DNA of 64,000 bases from assembly GCA_019058365.1 (NCBI GenBank), contig JAHPZE010000001.1:384001-448000 (forward strand), in the 5' to 3' direction. Source of the DNA: Promethearchaeota archaeon (GTDB taxonomy: Archaea; Asgardarchaeota; Lokiarchaeia; Sigyniarchaeales; SOKP01). How positions within the stretch are numbered: the stretch's first letter is position 1; every line of letters starts with the position of its first letter. Position numbers and translations under genes: made by a program. A model generated the notes under the pieces. That model was not told the DNA's origin, ran no database searches, and saw only the letters and a list, made by a program, of their open reading frames with translations. This document shows, in pieces, positions 60,002 to 64,000 of this stretch.

Positions 60002-60679
60002 TTATTTTAAACTTGTTGGAAAACTTTTAAAATTAAATCCACAATTAACGCAAAATTGCTGATTGATATCTACGACCTTCTCACCACAATCGGGGCAAAA
60101 TTTAAAGGAATGTGGAACCTGACTGTAATCATAAGGAGCAAGAGATTCTGACTCCTTAAGGGTGATGACTTCCTTTGGTCGTTTTGGGCTCATCTTTGCG
60201 GCAGCATATCCAATTAATGACAATATGGCACCAAGAAATGGACCTATAACTCCAAATCCAGGATTAATATACTCCCAGAAACTCATTCCCACATCTATCT
60301 GTGTAGAAATTTCAATTCCTATAATCCATACAAGGGCTCCAACTATCAGTAATATTGAGGGGGTAATCCATTTCTTACCTGTAATACCTGTTTTTCTGCT
60401 TGAATTTGCACTGGAAACAAGTCCTAACGCTCCAGAGAATACTAATAACGTAGCACTGATAGAAATTATCAGTTCAACAGGACTTTGGGTAAACCGAGTA
60501 GTTGTTATATAGCCAAGTTGTAAGTAATCAAACTGACGAATGGAAAATAATCCCCACATCCAAACTTGAACGCTATTATAGAGAATAGAAACCGAAGCTG
60601 CAGGTGTTAATAATCCTATTAATGCTACTATCCCTCCGATAAGAGGAAGTATCCATATATGTTCTGTATTATCGCCCAT
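60002..60679 (-). CDS. 4-TM membrane protein with C-terminal zinc ribbon
   Basis: Four TM helices, PGFGVIGPFLG, FCPDCG...FCVNCG. Confidence 0.75.
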   Translation of the reverse strand: MGDNTEHIWILPLIGGIVALIGLLTPAASVSILYNSVQVWMWGLFSIRQFDYLQLGYITTTRFTQSPVELIISISATLLVFSGALGLVSSANSSRKTGITGKKWITPSILLIVGALVWIIGIEISTQIDVGMSFWEYINPGFGVIGPFLGAILSLIGYAAAKMSPKRPKEVITLKESESLAPYDYSQVPHSFKFCPDCGEKVVDINQQFCVNCGFNFKSFPTSLK

Positions 60680-60896
60680 CTTTTATCATCATATATAATT
60701 AATACATATAATTTTCGTCTTACCATTATGCAAGACACTTTCAGTTATAAATGAATATATTTTATGAATCGTCACCAATTCCTTTAATACGACATAATTT
60801 TTACCTCATATCTATATCATAAATCTCTCACTCCCTTGACAATTAAAGCATAAAGATTTCATTAATTTCATAAATTATTATTTTAATACCAGGGCA

Positions 60897-61922
60897 ATGG
60901 AAGACAAAGAGGTATTAATTGCTCTTAATGTAGAGTTAAATCAAGTTTTTAATCTTCGCTATAGACGACCGAAAAATCCTAATAACTACACATGGATCTG
61001 TAAACATTGTAAAAAGCAAGTTTATTATAATGAATATGAAAAGTGTTTCAAGCATAGGGGGTTGAAACCGGATGATTTTGAACCTGAGACAACTGAGCAT
61101 AAGACGATGAAAGAATGGTGGTATAACAATTTTCCGTTAACCAATTCAATTACTATGAGAAAAAAGGAGTATTGGCTTGGCGATCAGGTTGCAGATGTGT
61201 ACTTTGAGCTACGAGAGACTAATCAAAAAATCGCAATAGAGTGTCAAAATTCTCCACTTACCAAAAAAAAGCTAATAGAACGAACCAAAAAATATGCTGA
61301 GAAGGATATATATTTATTATGGATATTTAACGGTTCGGGGAGTATTGTATCAGAAGAAAAACAGCCACGAAATATGGATAAAGTTCGAGCGCATGGAGTA
61401 GAAAAGAGAGTTCATAATTTATACGGGGGACGTATTTATTATATGAATGTGGTGGGAGAGGTGGTTGTAGAAGAACCATATGCAATTCACTTTTCTCCGT
61501 ATTTTAAGCATAAGGAACTAGAAACCAGTATTTACGGTCATGACAAATACTACAAGGAGTTTCAGAGTGTTACGATTGGCAATATTCCTTCCTATAAAAT
61601 TGTATGCAATGAATATAAAGGGTATAAACTTGCTCGATTTATGGATAAGAATGTAAGTGTTTCTTGTACTGAGCAATTGCTTACTTGCATTAGGGAGATA
61701 TGTTTTAAACGAATGGATGAAGGAAGTATCGATGAGAATTGTGAGCTTAAAATTCCGGTGGATACAGTAATTGATTTGGTAAAGGAAGAATTCGGGTATT
61801 TCTTACCATACTTAATTCTTAAAAAGTCAAAAAGGATTAAAAAGGTTAAATCTGGAAAGACTATCTATGAAAAGTATAACGTTCAAGAGATTCTCACATT
61901 TAAAACCACAGATTATTTATAA
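60897..61922 (+). CDS. CoiA-like PD-(D/E)XK nuclease
   Basis: CKHC..FKH..EPETTEH, ADV...IAIECQNS, RT..Y...LWIF. Confidence 0.8.
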   Translation: MEDKEVLIALNVELNQVFNLRYRRPKNPNNYTWICKHCKKQVYYNEYEKCFKHRGLKPDDFEPETTEHKTMKEWWYNNFPLTNSITMRKKEYWLGDQVADVYFELRETNQKIAIECQNSPLTKKKLIERTKKYAEKDIYLLWIFNGSGSIVSEEKQPRNMDKVRAHGVEKRVHNLYGGRIYYMNVVGEVVVEEPYAIHFSPYFKHKELETSIYGHDKYYKEFQSVTIGNIPSYKIVCNEYKGYKLARFMDKNVSVSCTEQLLTCIREICFKRMDEGSIDENCELKIPVDTVIDLVKEEFGYFLPYLILKKSKRIKKVKSGKTIYEKYNVQEILTFKTTDYL

Positions 61923-61954
61923 CCTTCCTTTCTGTATTTAAATAAAAATTTAGT

Positions 61955-62812
61955 TTATAATTTAATAATTTTGCTTTCAAATTCTTCATAAAAAATGGTA
62001 AAGATCTTTCTTACATTTCGAGAATCTGAAGGCTGCTCTTCTTTAGTCCCTATTCGTGTAAAACCTACCTGACTTCCTATATATTTATAGAAGATAGTAG
62101 CTTTAGGAAATTCATTTTGAATCTCTCTCTTATAATCTGGAATTTTTCCTTCTCGCTTATATTGTGTCTCTACTTGATTGAATAAAAAATACAACTTATT
62201 TGAAAATTCTTCTTCACTTAATTCAAATTTTTCAGCAGTTTCTTGCAATTTTCTTATCATCCCGATTGTTCTTCCTAAATCATTATATGTTAATCTTAAT
62301 GGAACTATACATATATCTGATGCAAAAAGGCTTGTTAAAGCATAAGTTAGCCCATAACAAGGGATATTATCGAGAATAATATAATCATACTTCAAATCTG
62401 ATGGCATAAGTTTTAAAGCATCTCTTAATTTTTTCTCACTATGCCCAGCGGACGTTGTATGCCAAATCTTTCCCATAACATCTTCTAGCCGAATACTTGA
62501 TGCAATGAAATCAATTGCGACTCCTTGAAAATAAGCATTGGAAATATAATATTTAAATTCTAAATCTCTTAATTTTCCCCCTTCAATTACCTTTTCTAAT
62601 AAATCTGCTGAAGTCTTAGCCTTATCTTCAATTTCTTTTTTATAGTCTCTAAAATCTTTCAAGTTTAAAGTAAGACCTAAACTTGGATCTAAATCGATTA
62701 AAAGTGGAGTATTATTTCTTTCTCTTAGAAACCAACTTAAGCATAAGGCTATAGTGGTCTTTCCAACACCACCAGGAGCGGAAATAAATGAAATTGTTTT
62801 CCTTTCACTCAT
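61955..62812 (-). CDS. parA: ParA/MinD family ATPase
   Basis: GGVGKTT, LLIDLDP, YDYIILDNIP, ASD..IVP, LFNQV. Confidence 0.85.
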   Translation of the reverse strand: MSERKTISFISAPGGVGKTTIALCLSWFLRERNNTPLLIDLDPSLGLTLNLKDFRDYKKEIEDKAKTSADLLEKVIEGGKLRDLEFKYYISNAYFQGVAIDFIASSIRLEDVMGKIWHTTSAGHSEKKLRDALKLMPSDLKYDYIILDNIPCYGLTYALTSLFASDICIVPLRLTYNDLGRTIGMIRKLQETAEKFELSEEEFSNKLYFLFNQVETQYKREGKIPDYKREIQNEFPKATIFYKYIGSQVGFTRIGTKEEQPSDSRNVRKIFTIFYEEFESKIIKL

Positions 62813-63218
62813 TATGATTCACAACTCTCATAATTCTTTCTTTATTGTCGATAAGAATACCTAAAAAATCTAAATTCGTAGCTAAATCTGTGAAACCTTT
62901 GATAAATTTATCATCAATATATCTATTAACATGAAGAAGTATATTATTTTTGATTTCATAAAGAAATTTTTGAATTATAATTTGTCCTATTCCTGAATAA
63001 TATCTTTCATTAAACTTTACTTCTAAGGCAAAATCTCTTCCTAAAACATCAATTTCAACATTTGGATAAATATTCGAAGATAAGGTCTGTCTAACTTTAC
63101 AATTTAATTGAGATCCTAATATATTCTGAATATCCCTCTCACGTTGACACTCACATAGTAAATTAAGAGATGAATTTATAATACCTATAATTTTTTTCAG
63201 AATTTCTGGATTCTCCAT
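62805..63218 (-). CDS. Small PD-(D/E)XK nuclease-fold protein
   Basis: ERDIQ...EIDVLGRDFALEVK...GIGQ; 8-bp overlap with parA. Confidence 0.65.
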   Translation of the reverse strand: MENPEILKKIIGIINSSLNLLCECQRERDIQNILGSQLNCKVRQTLSSNIYPNVEIDVLGRDFALEVKFNERYYSGIGQIIIQKFLYEIKNNILLHVNRYIDDKFIKGFTDLATNLDFLGILIDNKERIMRVVNHNE

Positions 63219-63448
63219 ATATTACTAAGTTATAAAATAATTGAATTCTATTAAGAATTTCACAATAAATATTTTATTATGAAATAGTAAGTTAAAGAAA
63301 TCGAATAATCTTAAAAATATATAATTTAAAAAAAAAGGTAAACTGTTATCTGAAAATTTTCTTTCTAATTTAAAGGAAAATCAGAAGGCACTATTACTTT
63401 TTATACAAAAATGTTATTTTATTATTATTTATTTCATATATTAATATC

Positions 63449-64000
63449 ATGGTAGAATTGAATCCAATTTTTAATGATTTTAAAAATTTGTTTATCTCTC
63501 CTATTTTTGATATTGACCCTTATTCAGATTTAAAAGATACTTTAAGAGAGAATATATTAGAAGATATCTTGAATAATAAATTGAATGAAGCAATAGAAGT
63601 CTTAAAAAATAGTATTCCTAATTTATTAGATTTAAAGTTTAAAAAAGAACTCAATGAATATCTGTATTCTATATGTCCTAAAGATAATCATTTTCCAATA
63701 ACTGCATTTACACGGAACTTACATCATATTTCTCAATGGATTATTAGAAATAAAGGATGTTTAACATCAGAATTTATCAATTCTCTAAACGATTTATCAC
63801 TTGAATATTATGCTAATCACTATGATTTGTATACTCTTAAAATCTATCAAAAGAAAGGCTCTTTAAAAGAATTAATAGAAAATACTACCTATATCTTAGA
63901 AAAATACACTGGTAAGATAGGTGGAGGAATAGGCGCTGTATATGGAGGATTAGGTGTCGAATATCATGATATTCATACTCTTAGACCCTCAATTAAAAAC
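63449..64000 (+). CDS. Hypothetical protein, 5' part (runs off the window)
   Basis: Not in the track; 184 open codons from ATG 63449 (MVELNPIFNDFKNLFISPIFDIDPYSDLK...). Confidence 0.65.
   Translation, partial: MVELNPIFNDFKNLFISPIFDIDPYSDLKDTLRENILEDILNNKLNEAIEVLKNSIPNLLDLKFKKELNEYLYSICPKDNHFPITAFTRNLHHISQWIIRNKGCLTSEFINSLNDLSLEYYANHYDLYTLKIYQKKGSLKELIENTTYILEKYTGKIGGGIGAVYGGLGVEYHDIHTLRPSIKN

Noticed and set aside
1166-60512. Many 60-116 aa antisense or nested ORFs in the track (e.g. 1166, 4607, 14058, 24790, 43929, 49761, 50006, 54711, 60162)
   Set aside because: Almost all are shadows of well-supported genes, and 14058 is an intergenic ORF. None shows recognisable motifs. 49761 overlaps the real Sec-mvhD and 50006 the Sec-hdrA.
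1-64000. Genome-wide UGA or UAG reassignment
   Set aside because: TGA terminates ordinary genes (34258, 36062, 40880, 62805), TAG does too, and Trp is encoded by TGG throughout. Recoding must be site-specific.

Overview
AT-rich archaeal window, most consistent with an Asgard archaeon (Lokiarchaeia/Promethearchaeota). Support is inferential: an IPGY-TM-basic 'Loki-CTERM'-like tail, a DENN/longin-like ORF, multiple HdrA/MvhD paralogues, Cdc6 and VapBC. 0-24 kb holds lipid/CoA and general metabolism genes (thiolase plus an inactive-looking HMGS-DUF35 fusion, enolase-superfamily enzyme, sulfatase, MDR dehydrogenase, crotonase) and three large membrane-anchored surface proteins. 24-32 kb and 43-52 kb are two related heterodisulfide-reductase-like clusters (4 hdrA, 3 mvhD, 2 HdrD-like, 1 FrhB-like). 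Main result: the ORF track fragments or misses a selenoprotein pair at 49.5-52 kb on the minus strand. It is a 647-aa HdrA with three in-frame TGA codons followed by a 153-aa MvhD with two. All five TGAs sit at Cys positions conserved in the Cys-only paralogues in this window. One SECIS-like stem-loop follows, and its AUGA is the mvhD stop codon. Between the clusters (32-43 kb) is a decaying accessory island (cdc6, two VapBC-type TA pairs, DUF433, Imm63 and isochorismatase remnants, a C39-like protein) punctuated by degenerate copies of the mvhD 3' end and its trailer. 52-64 kb holds tandem SDRs with PadR and candidate operators, two DUF998 paralogues (one with an in-frame TAG), HEAT and coiled-coil proteins, a CoiA-like nuclease and a nuclease-ParA pair. 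No rRNA, tRNA, CRISPR array, integrase or transposase was recognised. Family assignments come from motif recognition by eye, not database searches.
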